In this document: in pieces, positions 1 through 9,172 of the stretch | Layout of the letters: each line of letters begins with the position of its first letter | Numbering within the stretch: position 1 is the first letter of the stretch | Assembly (NCBI GenBank): GCA_947473805.1 | Contig: CANJGB010000001.1 | Coordinates: forward strand, 103,413 to 167,412 | Reading direction: 5' to 3' | From: Alphaproteobacteria bacterium | GTDB taxonomy: Bacteria; Pseudomonadota; Alphaproteobacteria; Ferrovibrionales; Ferrovibrionaceae | Length of the DNA stretch: 64,000 bases | Notes under the pieces: generated by a model | Told to the model about the DNA's origin: nothing | Seen by the model: the letters and a program-made list of their open reading frames with translations, nothing else | Databases searched by the model: none | Program-made: the position numbers and the translations under genes

Positions 1-519
1 CGCGGCAGCGTCGGCCTGCCACGCCCCGGCGCCGAGATCCGCGTGGTGGATGAGATCGACGGCCACGTCCTGCCGCCGGGCCAGACCGGCGTGCTCGAGG
101 CCAAGGTGGATCGCGTCGGCCCCGACTGGATTCACACCACCGACCTTGCGTCCATCGACGCCGATGGTTTCCTCTACATCCATGGCCGTGCCGACCAGGC
201 GATCAATCGCGGCGGCTTCAAGGTCCTGCCGGAACAGGTGGCCGCCGCGTTGCGCGAACATCCCGCCATTGCCGACGCCGCCGTGCTGGGCCTGCCCGAC
301 GCCCGCGTGGGAGAGGTGCCGGTGGCGGCGCTTGAAACGCGCGGCGGACCCGCGCCGTCGTCGGCCGAACTCGAAAAATTCGCCCGCGCGCGGCTTGTCG
401 CTTACCAGCTTCCGACGCGATACTTTGTCTTCGATGCACTGCCGCGCACGGAATCGATGAAGGTCAACCTGCCTGAATTGCGCCGGTTGATCGATGCACG
501 TCTCGCCGAGGCTGCCTGA
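1..519 (+). CDS. AMP-dependent acyl-CoA synthetase/ligase, C-terminal part (5' end outside window)
   Basis: Frame 1 is open from the window edge. GSVGLPRPGAEIRVVD...GFLYIHGRADQAINRGGFKVLPEQV...PDARVGEVPVAALE matches the AMP-binding C-terminal domain pattern. Stop at 517-519. Confidence 0.85.
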   Translation, partial: RGSVGLPRPGAEIRVVDEIDGHVLPPGQTGVLEAKVDRVGPDWIHTTDLASIDADGFLYIHGRADQAINRGGFKVLPEQVAAALREHPAIADAAVLGLPDARVGEVPVAALETRGGPAPSSAELEKFARARLVAYQLPTRYFVFDALPRTESMKVNLPELRRLIDARLAEAA

Positions 520-533
520 ACGGAAGGTGCCAC

Positions 534-1313
534 ATGGAACCGATGCGCCAGAATCCACGCTTCCGCAAGCCGCCGGTGCACGACACGGTTGCGGACGCGC
601 GCCGCTATCGCAAGCAGTGCCTCGCCATCGCCTTCCGCGTGTTTGCCCGCGCCGGCTTCGATCTTGGCTTTGCCGGTCACATCACAGCGCGCGACCCGGA
701 GTTGCACGACCATTTCTGGGTCAATCCGCTGGCCATGCATTTCAGCCAGATCCGTGCCGCCGATCTGCTGCTGGTCAATGAGGCGGGCGAGGTTGTACAG
801 GGTGCGCGGCCGGTGAACCGCGCCGCCTTCGTCATCCATTCCGCCATCCACAAGGCGCGGCCCGACGTCGACGCCGCCTGCCATGCACACACCGTCCATG
901 GCCGCGCCTGGTCCACGCTGGGCCGGCCGATCGATCCGCTAACGCAGGATGCCTGCGCCTTCTTCGAGGACCATGCGGTGTTCGACCATTTCAACGGCGT
1001 GGTCTTCGACCAGAACGACAGCGAGCGCATGGGCCGGGAACTCGGCCAGAAGAAGGCGCTGATCCTCAAGAACCACGGCCTCCTTACCGTCGGCCAGACG
1101 GTGGAGGAGGCGGCCTTCTGGTTCCTCAGCCTCGAGGATTGCTGTCGCGTGCAATTGCTGGCCGAGGCGGCGGGCAAGCCGTCGCTGATCGATGCCGAGA
1201 CCGCACGCTTCACCCGCAACCAGGTCGGCATTCCGCAAACCGGCTGGCGCATGTACCAGCCGCTGCACGACGTGATCGTCAAGGAAGAGCCCGATGTCCT
1301 CGAAGACGAATGA
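534..1313 (+). CDS. class II aldolase/adducin family protein
   Basis: ATG at 534. GHITARDP...FWVNP...VIHSAIHKARPDVDAACHAHTVHG is typical of the class II aldolase/adducin fold. Confidence 0.85.
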   Translation: MEPMRQNPRFRKPPVHDTVADARRYRKQCLAIAFRVFARAGFDLGFAGHITARDPELHDHFWVNPLAMHFSQIRAADLLLVNEAGEVVQGARPVNRAAFVIHSAIHKARPDVDAACHAHTVHGRAWSTLGRPIDPLTQDACAFFEDHAVFDHFNGVVFDQNDSERMGRELGQKKALILKNHGLLTVGQTVEEAAFWFLSLEDCCRVQLLAEAAGKPSLIDAETARFTRNQVGIPQTGWRMYQPLHDVIVKEEPDVLEDE

Positions 1314-1324
1314 AGTGAACTGAC

Positions 1325-2491
1325 ATGGATTTCGGTCTTTCCGACGAGCAGCGGTCAATCCAGGAAGCGGTGGCGAAAATCTGCGCCCGCTTTGGCGACG
1401 ATTACTGGCTGGAGCGCGACCGCGAGGGCGGCTTCCCGCACGAACTGCACCAGGCGCTGGCGGCCGATGGCTGGCTCGGCGTCTGCATTCCGACCGAATA
1501 TGGTGGCGCCGGCCTCGGCATCACCGAAGCCGCGATCATGATGCAGGCCATCTCGGAATCCGGCGCTGGCATGACGGGTGCGTCCGCCGTGCACATGAAT
1601 ATCTTCGGCCTCAACCCGGTCGTGGTGTTCGGCACCGACGAACAGAAGCGCCGCATGCTGCCGCCGCTGATCGCCGGCAAGGAAAAGGCCTGTTTCGCGG
1701 TGACCGAGCCGAACACCGGCCTCGACACCACGAAGCTGAAGACCCGCGCCGTGCTGAAGGACGGCCGCTACGTGTTGAATGGCGCCAAGGTCTGGATCTC
1801 CACCGCCCAGGTGGCGGAGAAGATGCTGATCCTCGCGCGCACCACGCCCATCGAGGACGTGAAGAAAAAGACTGATGGCCTGTCGCTGTTCTACACCGAC
1901 CTCGACCGGACCAAGGTCGAGGTGCGCGAGATCGAAAAGATGGGCCGCAAGGCGGTCGATTCGAACCAGTTGTTCATCGATGGCCTCGAAGTGCCGGTCG
2001 AGGATCGCATCGGCGAGGAAGGCAAGGGCTTCCAGTACATCCTGCACGGCATGAACCCGGAGCGCATCCTGATCGCGGCCGAAGCGGTCGGGCTGGGCAT
2101 GGTCGCGCTGCGCCGCGCCGCTGCCTATGCGAAGGAGCGCGTCGTGTTCGGCCGCCCCATCGGCCAGAACCAGGGTGTGCAACACCCGCTGGCGAAGAAC
2201 TGGATGGAGTTGGAGGCCGCGCGGCTGATGGTCATGTCGGCCGCCTGGCACTACGACACCGGCAGGCCGTCCGGCGCCGCCGCCAACGCGGCGAAGTATC
2301 TCGCCGCCGAGGCGGGCTTCGCGGCCTGCCAGACCGCGGTCATGACCCATGGCGGCTTCGGCTACGCCAAGGAGTATCACGTGGAGCGCTACCTGCGCGA
2401 AGTCATGGTCCCGCGCATCGCGCCGATCAGTCCGCAACTGATCCTGTGCTTCATCGCTGAGCAGGTTCTGGGCCTGCCGAAATCATACTGA
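1325..2491 (+). CDS. acyl-CoA dehydrogenase
   Basis: 388 aa. GGAGLGITEAAIMM, FAVTEPNTGLD, RPIGQNQGVQHPLA and THGGFGYAKEYHVERYLRE are ACAD N, middle and C domain motifs. Confidence 0.92.
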   Translation: MDFGLSDEQRSIQEAVAKICARFGDDYWLERDREGGFPHELHQALAADGWLGVCIPTEYGGAGLGITEAAIMMQAISESGAGMTGASAVHMNIFGLNPVVVFGTDEQKRRMLPPLIAGKEKACFAVTEPNTGLDTTKLKTRAVLKDGRYVLNGAKVWISTAQVAEKMLILARTTPIEDVKKKTDGLSLFYTDLDRTKVEVREIEKMGRKAVDSNQLFIDGLEVPVEDRIGEEGKGFQYILHGMNPERILIAAEAVGLGMVALRRAAAYAKERVVFGRPIGQNQGVQHPLAKNWMELEAARLMVMSAAWHYDTGRPSGAAANAAKYLAAEAGFAACQTAVMTHGGFGYAKEYHVERYLREVMVPRIAPISPQLILCFIAEQVLGLPKSY

Positions 2492-2573
2492 CGGCTAAAC
2501 CTGATACTGGATTAGCGGGTCGCCCCAACGTCGCCGCGCAATTGGCTTTACATCCCGCGCACCGGCGGGGGAG

Positions 2574-2598
2574 AATAAGTGAACTTAGTCCACTTATT
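2574..2598. promoter_or_regulatory. 8-bp inverted repeat AATAAGTG-N9-CACTTATT upstream of the GntR gene (candidate operator)
   Basis: Perfect arms at 2574-2581 and 2591-2598, in an AT-rich patch about 50 nt upstream of the ATG at 2649. Confidence 0.3.
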
Positions 2599-2648
2599 TG
2601 TCGATTGGACAGCCGCTTTGCGTCGCGGGCCGTCCCGGAAGCCGTGCA

Positions 2649-3446
2649 ATGAACAGGCGTAGCGCCGTCGTCACCAAGGAGCAGACCCTCAAGGGCATGG
2701 CCGCGCCGTTCCGGATTCCCAAGGCCGCCGAACTCGTGGCCCGCCAGCTGCGCAACCAGATCATCCGCGGCGAACTGAAAGAAGGCGACTCACTGGCGCC
2801 CGAGGCCGAGCTGGTCACCATGTTCGGCGTGTCGCGCCCCACGCTTCGCGAAGCCGTGCGTATTCTGGAGTCCGAGGGGCTGATCAGCATCTCGCGCGGC
2901 GCGCGCGGCGGGGCCCGTATCCACCGTCCCGACATCTCGGTCGCCACCCGCTACATGGGCTTCATCCTGCAGGTCAGCGGCACGACGCTGGCCGACGTCA
3001 ACCGCATGCGCATCATCGCCGAGCCGGCCGCCGCCCGCATTCTGGCCGAAACCCACAGCAAGACGGCGCCGGCCGACCTGCGCGCCTGTATCGAGCAGTG
3101 CCGCGTCCATTTCGATGACGACGCGCAATACGGCCTCGCCTCGGCGCGCTTTCACACCCGGCTGGTCGAACTGACCGGCGTGCAGACGCTGATCCTGGTC
3201 ATGGAAATGCTGAACGGCATCCTGGAGAAGCACCTGGCCGCTGTGGCGTCGAATGCCGGCCGCCAGATCGATAATTCCCCCGGCAAGCGCAAGGCGCTGA
3301 ACGCGTCAGAGCGCCTGGTCGATCTGATTGCGAAGGGCGACGGGCCCGCGACGGAAGCCTATTGGCGGGACCACCTCGTCATCACCGACCGCACGATGCG
3401 GCGGTGGCAGCCGGCCGAGCGGGTCATCGACCTGCTCGACAACTAG
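2649..3446 (+). CDS. GntR family transcriptional regulator (FadR/FCD-type C-terminal domain)
   Basis: The wHTH segment LAPEAELVTMFGVSRPTLREAVRILESEGLISISRGARGG is followed by a helical FCD-like domain. ATG at 2649 chosen over TTG at 2598. Confidence 0.85.
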   Translation: MNRRSAVVTKEQTLKGMAAPFRIPKAAELVARQLRNQIIRGELKEGDSLAPEAELVTMFGVSRPTLREAVRILESEGLISISRGARGGARIHRPDISVATRYMGFILQVSGTTLADVNRMRIIAEPAAARILAETHSKTAPADLRACIEQCRVHFDDDAQYGLASARFHTRLVELTGVQTLILVMEMLNGILEKHLAAVASNAGRQIDNSPGKRKALNASERLVDLIAKGDGPATEAYWRDHLVITDRTMRRWQPAERVIDLLDN

Positions 3447-3459
3447 CCGCCACCCGGCT

Positions 3460-4746
3460 TCAGCCCTTCTTCGCGCGCAGGCGCTCGACCGCTTCCTGCA
3501 TCATGTTGGCGCCGCGTTCGCGCAACACCTGCGGCGCGTCGGGCAGCAGCACCGCGCCCTTGGCCTTCGACGGCAGCACGACGGTTGCCGTGCCGGGCGT
3601 CGTCACCTCGCCGCGCTGGTTGGTCGCCTCGATCTTCAGGTCGACGACGTGGTTGCTCCCCTCGACGCGCTTGTCCACCACTTCGCCCGAGCAGATCGTG
3701 GTGTCGCCCAGGAAGTTGAAGCCGCGCACCTCCGTCTTCATCTTCGCCAGCCAGGCGTCGTCGCCCATCCAGTTGGTGATCAGGTGGCCCAGCCAGTTGG
3801 TCCGCATGGTGCCGTAGTCGTACGGCGCTGGCAGGCCCAGTTCCTGCGCGCGCGCTGGCTCCCAGTGCAGGCGCTGCACCACATCGGGCACGCCGAACGG
3901 GTCGTCGCTGAAGAACGCCGGCATGCGCTTGCGCTGCTTCCAGCCAAAGCGCAGCGGCGAGGTGCCGTACACCTGGCCGAAGCCCCAGCCGATATGGAAG
4001 CCGACCACGTCGGTAACGCGCAACGGGCCCTTCACCACCGGATGCAGCTTGTCGCCGATCGCCACATCGTCCCAGTAGCGCTTTTCATTGCCGCGCCGCT
4101 TCTCGTCGGCATACATCGCGTCGATCCTGGCGATGTCTTCCTTGGTGTAGGTCTGGCGCTTCAGTTCCTTGTGCTTGCCCGTCTTGGCCGACGCGCCGCG
4201 CTCCGCGTTGATGAAGCTCAGGTCATGGGTGCAGACCGGCTCGCCCAGCTGGTTGACGTAGAGGAAGCGGTAGGTATCGATAACCGTGCGCTGGCCCGAG
4301 AACCTCGAGCTCTCCTTGATCTGGATGTCGCAGGTCGTGTACTCGCGATACAGCACGTCGCCCGGGCAGATCGGCCGCCACCATTCCCACTTGGCGCCGG
4401 AATAATATTTGCCGACGCCACGGAACAGGCCGCGGAACAGTTCTTTCAGTTCTGGCGTGGGGGGTGGCGTTTCGTCCAGGCCGACCGTCGTGGCGTACAG
4501 CGGCGAGCCGATCTGGGTGCGCCAGCGCGTGGTCTTGCCGTATTCCGGGTCGTGGAACAGCGGGTTGTCGTCGCCGATGCCGAAGGCGAAATGGCTCATC
4601 GTGTCCGACGTCGCGACCCGGTTAAACACGTCATTGCGCTCGAACTGGGGCACGTTGATCTGGCGCCGCGCGCGGGCGATGTCCTCGTCGGTGATCCTGG
4701 CCTCCAGGCCCTTGGCGGGCTTCGCGTCGGCGCTCGTGTCGGTCAT
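3460..4746 (-). CDS. double hot-dog fold acyl dehydratase (FAS1-like dehydratase N-terminal domain plus MaoC-like domain)
   Basis: 428 aa. GGAGG lies upstream of the ATG at 4746. Family call comes from two hot-dog-like halves and the C-terminal GDTTICSGEVV...VVDLKIEATNQRGEVT pattern. Confidence 0.65.
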   Translation of the reverse strand: MTDTSADAKPAKGLEARITDEDIARARRQINVPQFERNDVFNRVATSDTMSHFAFGIGDDNPLFHDPEYGKTTRWRTQIGSPLYATTVGLDETPPPTPELKELFRGLFRGVGKYYSGAKWEWWRPICPGDVLYREYTTCDIQIKESSRFSGQRTVIDTYRFLYVNQLGEPVCTHDLSFINAERGASAKTGKHKELKRQTYTKEDIARIDAMYADEKRRGNEKRYWDDVAIGDKLHPVVKGPLRVTDVVGFHIGWGFGQVYGTSPLRFGWKQRKRMPAFFSDDPFGVPDVVQRLHWEPARAQELGLPAPYDYGTMRTNWLGHLITNWMGDDAWLAKMKTEVRGFNFLGDTTICSGEVVDKRVEGSNHVVDLKIEATNQRGEVTTPGTATVVLPSKAKGAVLLPDAPQVLRERGANMMQEAVERLRAKKG

Positions 4747-4818
4747 CGGACTTCCTCCCAGATACGCGTGCCGGCAGGCAATAAAGGGCCACTGGGGCCA
4801 CCGGCGAAACCCCTCGAC

Positions 4819-4839
4819 ATAGTAAAATGAGTTATCTAT
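4819..4839. promoter_or_regulatory. AT-rich 21-bp box ATAGTAAAATGAGTTATCTAT (ATAG-N13-CTAT) in a divergent promoter region
   Basis: Lies between the hydratase start (4746, minus) and the nitronate monooxygenase start (4922, plus). Same length and end motifs as the box at 7896-7916. Confidence 0.3.
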
Positions 4840-4921
4840 TTAATATGGTCAAGCGCCGTCGCCGCGTCTGGCGGCGGCGATGTAAAGTCCGGCCCTTGTC
4901 GCGTCTCTCCACGGAGTTTTC

Positions 4922-5881
4922 ATGTCTCTTCCCGCGATTTTCCAGGGTCGGCTGTCGCTGCCGGTCATTGCCTCGCCGATGTTCATAGTCTCGACGCCGG
5001 AACTGGTTATCGAACAGTGCAAGGCCGGTATCGTCGGCACCATGCCGTCGCTGAATGCGCGCGAGGCCGACCAGTTCAAACCCTATCTCGTGCGCATCAA
5101 GCAGGAGCTCGCGGACTATGCGGCGGTAAACCCGGGTAAGCCGGTCGCGCCTTACGGTATCAACCTGATTGTCCACAAGACCAACAACCGGCTTGAGCAT
5201 GACCTGGAGGTCTGCGTCCGTCAGAAGGTGCCGCTTATCATCACCTCGCTCGGCGCCTCCAAGACGGTGATCGACAAGATCCACGCCTATGGCGGCATCG
5301 TGCTGCACGACGTCGTCAACATGCGTCACGCCCGCAAGGCGATCTCCGAGGGCGTCGACGGGCTGATCCCCGTCTGCGCCGGCGCCGGCGGCCACGCCGG
5401 CGCGCTCAGTCCGTTCGCCATCGTCCGCGAACTGCGCACTTTCTACAGCGGCATTATCGCGCTGTCCGGCGCGATCAGCGATGGTGCGGGCGTGCTGGGC
5501 GCCCTCGCCATGGGTGCCGACTTCGCCTATATCGGCTCGCGCTTTATCGCGACGCAGGAATCCGGCGCGAAGCCCGAATACAAGCAGATGGTGGTCGAGG
5601 CCAATGCCGCCGACATCATTTACACGCCGCTCTTCACCGGCGTGCCGGCCAACTATCTGCGCCCGACCATCGTGAACGCCGGTCTCGATCCCGAAAACCT
5701 GCCGCACCGCGAGAAGGACACGATGAGCTTCGCCGAGGGCAACCCCCGGCCGAAGGCATGGCGCGACGTCTGGGGCTGCGGCCAGGGCATCGGCACGGTC
5801 ACCGACATTCCTGCGACCGCCGACCTGGTTGCCCGCATGGCGGCGCAATATGCCGAGGCGAAGAAGCGCATCTGCGCCTAG
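4922..5881 (+). CDS. nitronate monooxygenase (NMO/2-nitropropane dioxygenase family, FMN-dependent)
   Basis: LPVIASPMFIVSTPELVIEQCKAGIVGTMPSLNAR and GLIPVCAGAGGHAG are NMO family motifs. Confidence 0.85.
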   Translation: MSLPAIFQGRLSLPVIASPMFIVSTPELVIEQCKAGIVGTMPSLNAREADQFKPYLVRIKQELADYAAVNPGKPVAPYGINLIVHKTNNRLEHDLEVCVRQKVPLIITSLGASKTVIDKIHAYGGIVLHDVVNMRHARKAISEGVDGLIPVCAGAGGHAGALSPFAIVRELRTFYSGIIALSGAISDGAGVLGALAMGADFAYIGSRFIATQESGAKPEYKQMVVEANAADIIYTPLFTGVPANYLRPTIVNAGLDPENLPHREKDTMSFAEGNPRPKAWRDVWGCGQGIGTVTDIPATADLVARMAAQYAEAKKRICA

Positions 5882-5984
5882 GCGCGCGGCCTTGTCGCTG
5901 CCAGCGGTGGCGGCATAGGATCGCGGAACGAAGCAACCATGCCGGACCCGAATGAAAACGGCCGGCGCTGCACAGGGAGATCGG

Positions 5985-6953
5985 ATGATGGTCAAAGCTT
6001 CAGGTCTTGCAGGCGTACTCGTCGCCACGGCGCTCGGTCTTGTCGCTGTGCCGGCCCGGGCGGAATATCCGGAAAAGCCGATCACCCTAGTGGTCGGCTT
6101 TGCAGCCGGTGGCGTCAGCGACATCCTGGCTCGCACGCTGGCGGATAAGATGCAGCAACGCATGGGGCAGACGGTCATCGTCGACAACCGGCCGGGTGCA
6201 GCCGGCGTCATCGCGGCAAGCTTCGTGGCAAAGGCCGCACCCGATGGTTACACGCTGTTCCCGCAAGGCGGGTCAACCTTTTCGGAGACCTTTATCAAGG
6301 ATCCGCCGATCAATATGTTCCGCGACTTCGAACCCGTCACGCTCGTCAGCATCTTCCCGATGGCATTGCTGACCAACGACCAGGTTCCTGCCAGGGATTT
6401 GAAGGAGTTCATCGACTACGCGAAGAAAAATCCAGGCAAGCTCAACTACGGCTCGTCAGGTTCCAACAATCTTCTCGCTGTCGAGATGTTCAAAAAGATT
6501 GCGGGCATCGACCTGACGCAGATCTCCTACAAGGGCAATTCCGATTCAGCCCGTGCCCTGCTGGCCAACGAAGTGCAGCTTCTGGTCGATCCGATCTTGG
6601 CACACCTCGGCAATCTGAAGGAGGGCAAGGTCCGCCCGCTCGCGGTTGCGGCCGAGACGCGCTCGCCCATTCTCCCCAACGTGCCCACGACGGTCGAACT
6701 CGGCTATCCGGGTTTTCTCGCCAATGCAAACACCGGGATGTGGGCGCCCAAAGGCACGCCGAAGGCGATTATCGAGAAGCTGAATCGAGAACTCGGCGTC
6801 ATTCTCGCCATGCCGGACGTGAAGGAGAAGTTCATGACACTCGCCGGCGCGGCGACGTCACATTCTACGCCGGAGGCCTTCGCCGAATTCATCCGCAAGG
6901 ACCAGGCGTTCTGGGCCGAGGCGGCCAAGGCGGCGAACTACAGGCCGGAATAA
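5985..6953 (+). CDS. Bug family tripartite tricarboxylate transporter substrate-binding protein (TctC-like)
   Basis: Signal peptide MMVKASGLAGVLVATALGLVAVPARA, then EYPEKPITLVVGFAAGGVSDILARTLA...VIVDNRPGAAG. AGGGAGA lies upstream of the ATG at 5985. An alternative ATG is at 5952. Confidence 0.9.
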   Translation: MMVKASGLAGVLVATALGLVAVPARAEYPEKPITLVVGFAAGGVSDILARTLADKMQQRMGQTVIVDNRPGAAGVIAASFVAKAAPDGYTLFPQGGSTFSETFIKDPPINMFRDFEPVTLVSIFPMALLTNDQVPARDLKEFIDYAKKNPGKLNYGSSGSNNLLAVEMFKKIAGIDLTQISYKGNSDSARALLANEVQLLVDPILAHLGNLKEGKVRPLAVAAETRSPILPNVPTTVELGYPGFLANANTGMWAPKGTPKAIIEKLNRELGVILAMPDVKEKFMTLAGAATSHSTPEAFAEFIRKDQAFWAEAAKAANYRPE

Positions 6954-6967
6954 GTATTCTGCAACGA

Positions 6968-6999
6968 GAAAGCCCCGGCTTTGTGGCCGGGGCTTTTTT
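6968..6999. terminator. bidirectional intrinsic terminator
   Basis: AAAA-AGCCCCGGC-loop-GCCGGGGCT-TTTTT between the convergent TctC gene (ends 6953) and an enoyl-CoA hydratase gene (ends 7022). Confidence 0.65.
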
Positions 7000-7021
7000 C
7001 TTGCCTACGTGTCTTCGAAGC

Positions 7022-7849
7022 CTACATGCCCTTGAACACGGGCGGCCGACGCTCCTTGAAGGCGCGGCCTGATTCGCGCGCGTCCTCGGTGGCGCTGCAG
7101 CGCATCATGTTCATCGCCTCCATTTCCAGCACGTCCCGGAACGAACCGGTTTCGGCGGCATTGAGGTTGCGCTTGATGTAGCGATAGGCAATCGCCGGCC
7201 CCTTGGCCAGGCGCTGCGCCAGGGCCATGGTCGCTGTCTCCAGATCGGCATCGGGCACCAGCTTGGTCGCCAGGCCCAGCCGGTCGGCTTCCTTGGCATC
7301 AAACTTGTCGGCCAGCAGGTACAGCTCGCGCGCTTTGGCCGGACCCACAAGGTGGTGCAGCAAATAGCTGCCGCCGTAATCGCCAGAGCGCGCCACATTG
7401 GCGAACACTGTGGTGAACACCGCCGTCTCCGACAGGATGCGGAAATCACACGCCGCCGCCAGGCACAGGCCCGCGCCCGCACACGGGCCCCGCACCATCG
7501 CAATGGTCGGCTTTGCCATGGTGTGCAACAGCACCGAATTCTCGACATAGCGCAGGACCTGCGAGACGCGCTGCTCGGTCGTTTTCCAAAGCGGGTCACC
7601 CGACCACTTCACCGCCGCCGGGTCCAGTTCATCGACCTGCTCGCCGGTGCGGATGTCGCCGCCGGAACAGAAGCCCCGCCCGGCGCCGGTCAGCACCACA
7701 ACCCGTACCGCAGGGTCGGCCGCTGCGTCGCGCAAGGCGGCCAGCAACTGGCCCATCATCGGCCAGGTCATGGCATTCAGCTGTTCCGGCCGGTTGAGCG
7801 TCACGGTCAGGATGCCGGCGTCGAAACTGCGCAGCACTACTTCTTCCAT
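7022..7849 (-). CDS. enoyl-CoA hydratase/isomerase family protein
   Basis: VVVLTGAGRGFCSGGDI and KPTIAMVRGPCAGAGLCLAAACDFRI are crotonase motifs. Confidence 0.9.
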   Translation of the reverse strand: MEEVVLRSFDAGILTVTLNRPEQLNAMTWPMMGQLLAALRDAAADPAVRVVVLTGAGRGFCSGGDIRTGEQVDELDPAAVKWSGDPLWKTTEQRVSQVLRYVENSVLLHTMAKPTIAMVRGPCAGAGLCLAAACDFRILSETAVFTTVFANVARSGDYGGSYLLHHLVGPAKARELYLLADKFDAKEADRLGLATKLVPDADLETATMALAQRLAKGPAIAYRYIKRNLNAAETGSFRDVLEMEAMNMMRCSATEDARESGRAFKERRPPVFKGM

Positions 7850-7895
7850 ACCGGCGTCTCCTCGGCCGCTTGCCGCTTCGGTTGCGATGGGGGCA

Positions 7896-7916
7896 ATAGC
7901 TATATTATATAACTAT
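7896..7916. promoter_or_regulatory. AT-rich 21-bp palindromic box ATAGCTATATTATATAACTAT (ATAG-N13-CTAT)
   Basis: 10-bp arms with one mismatch. Lies between divergent enoyl-CoA hydratase genes and overlaps the ATG at 7915. Confidence 0.3.
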
Positions 7917-8742
7917 GAGCGAACAAGAGAATTCCCCCTGCAGCGGAGCGCCGATGTACGAGCAGTACAAGCACATCCTCGTTGAGCGCCGTGGGCGGGT
8001 GCTGACCCTCACGCTGAACGCCCCGCCGAAGAACCCCATCGCGCCGGCCTTGCACGGCGAACTGTCGCGGATTTTTATCGACGTGAACCGCGACAAGGAG
8101 ACCGACGTCGTCGTCCTCACCGGCGCGGGCGAGGCCTTTTCCGCCGGTGCCGACCTGAAGGAGGTTGTCCAGCGCCTCGACGACCGCAAGCGCTGGGGCG
8201 AGGCGCTGCGCGAATCCCGCGCCATCCTCTACGGCATGCTGCGCCTGGAAAAGCCCATCGTTGCGCGCATCAACGGTGACGCTATCGGACTGGGCGCGAC
8301 GCTGGCGTTGTTCTGCGATTTCGCCATCGCGACGGAAGAGGCGCGCATCGCCGATACCCATGTGCGCATCGGCCTCGCCGCCGGCGATGGCGGCGCGCTG
8401 ATCTGGCCGCAGCTGATCGGCTATGCCCGCGCGCGCCACTACCTGCTGACCGGCGATCCCATTACCGGGCGCGATGCCGCCGACATGGGCCTCATCGCCC
8501 GTGCCGTGCCGCGCGACAAGCTGGATGAAGAAGTCGATGCCTGGGTCCAGAAGCTGGCCTCGCGCGCGACGCTGGCCATTTCGTGGACCAAGATCGCGAT
8601 CAACATGGTCCTGCGCGGGGATTTCGAGGGGCTGGTCGAGGCGCATCAGGGTCTCGAGACAGAGACATGGCTGTCTGACGATTACCGCGAGGCGGTGCGG
8701 GCTTTCGCCGACAAGCGCCGGCCTGTCTTCACGGGGCGCTAG
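7915..8742 (+). CDS. enoyl-CoA hydratase/isomerase family protein
   Basis: VVVLTGAGEAFSAGADL and KPIVARINGDAIGLGATLALFCDFAIA are crotonase motifs. Confidence 0.9.
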   Translation: MSEQENSPCSGAPMYEQYKHILVERRGRVLTLTLNAPPKNPIAPALHGELSRIFIDVNRDKETDVVVLTGAGEAFSAGADLKEVVQRLDDRKRWGEALRESRAILYGMLRLEKPIVARINGDAIGLGATLALFCDFAIATEEARIADTHVRIGLAAGDGGALIWPQLIGYARARHYLLTGDPITGRDAADMGLIARAVPRDKLDEEVDAWVQKLASRATLAISWTKIAINMVLRGDFEGLVEAHQGLETETWLSDDYREAVRAFADKRRPVFTGR

Positions 8743-8744
8743 TG

Positions 8745-9170
8745 ATGTTGCTGCCCGACGATCCGCCCGACGGCTTCGAGCTGATGACGGTGCGCAGCGA
8801 CTACCCGAATTTTCTCGGGCGCTTCTATCTGCGCGGCCTGGGTGACAAACAGATCATCGCCATCCGCGCGCAGCAGCATCACTGCAATTCCGATGGCGTT
8901 GTGCACGGCGGATTTTTGCTGTCGCTCGCCGACTTCGCGCTCAGCTTCCGCGGGCCGGGTGACATTCCTTCGCGCATCACCCTGGGCCTGAATGCCGAAT
9001 TCGCCGGCGGCGCGAAGTGCGGCGACTGGCTCGAGGCGCATGTCGATGTGCAAAAGGCCGGCAAGTCGATGGTCTTCGCCAACTGTTTCATCCAGGTTGG
9101 TGACAATCGCATCGTCCGCGCCGGCGGCGTGTTCAAGACCTGGCTGCCCAGGCCGCCGGCGCAGAACTAG
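8745..9170 (+). CDS. PaaI family (hot-dog) thioesterase
   Basis: HHCNSDGVVHGGFLLSLADFALS and a C-terminal beta-rich region. ATG at 8745 sits next to the GTG at 8742, which overlaps the upstream stop. Confidence 0.8.
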   Translation: MLLPDDPPDGFELMTVRSDYPNFLGRFYLRGLGDKQIIAIRAQQHHCNSDGVVHGGFLLSLADFALSFRGPGDIPSRITLGLNAEFAGGAKCGDWLEAHVDVQKAGKSMVFANCFIQVGDNRIVRAGGVFKTWLPRPPAQN

Positions 9171-9172
9171 CG

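Noticed and set aside
3328-4830. 500-aa plus-strand ORF covering the whole hydratase gene
   Set aside because: It is antisense to a gene with a clear family pattern and RBS. The translation is an Arg/Ala/Gly/His/Val-rich low-complexity string typical of shadow ORFs in high-GC DNA.
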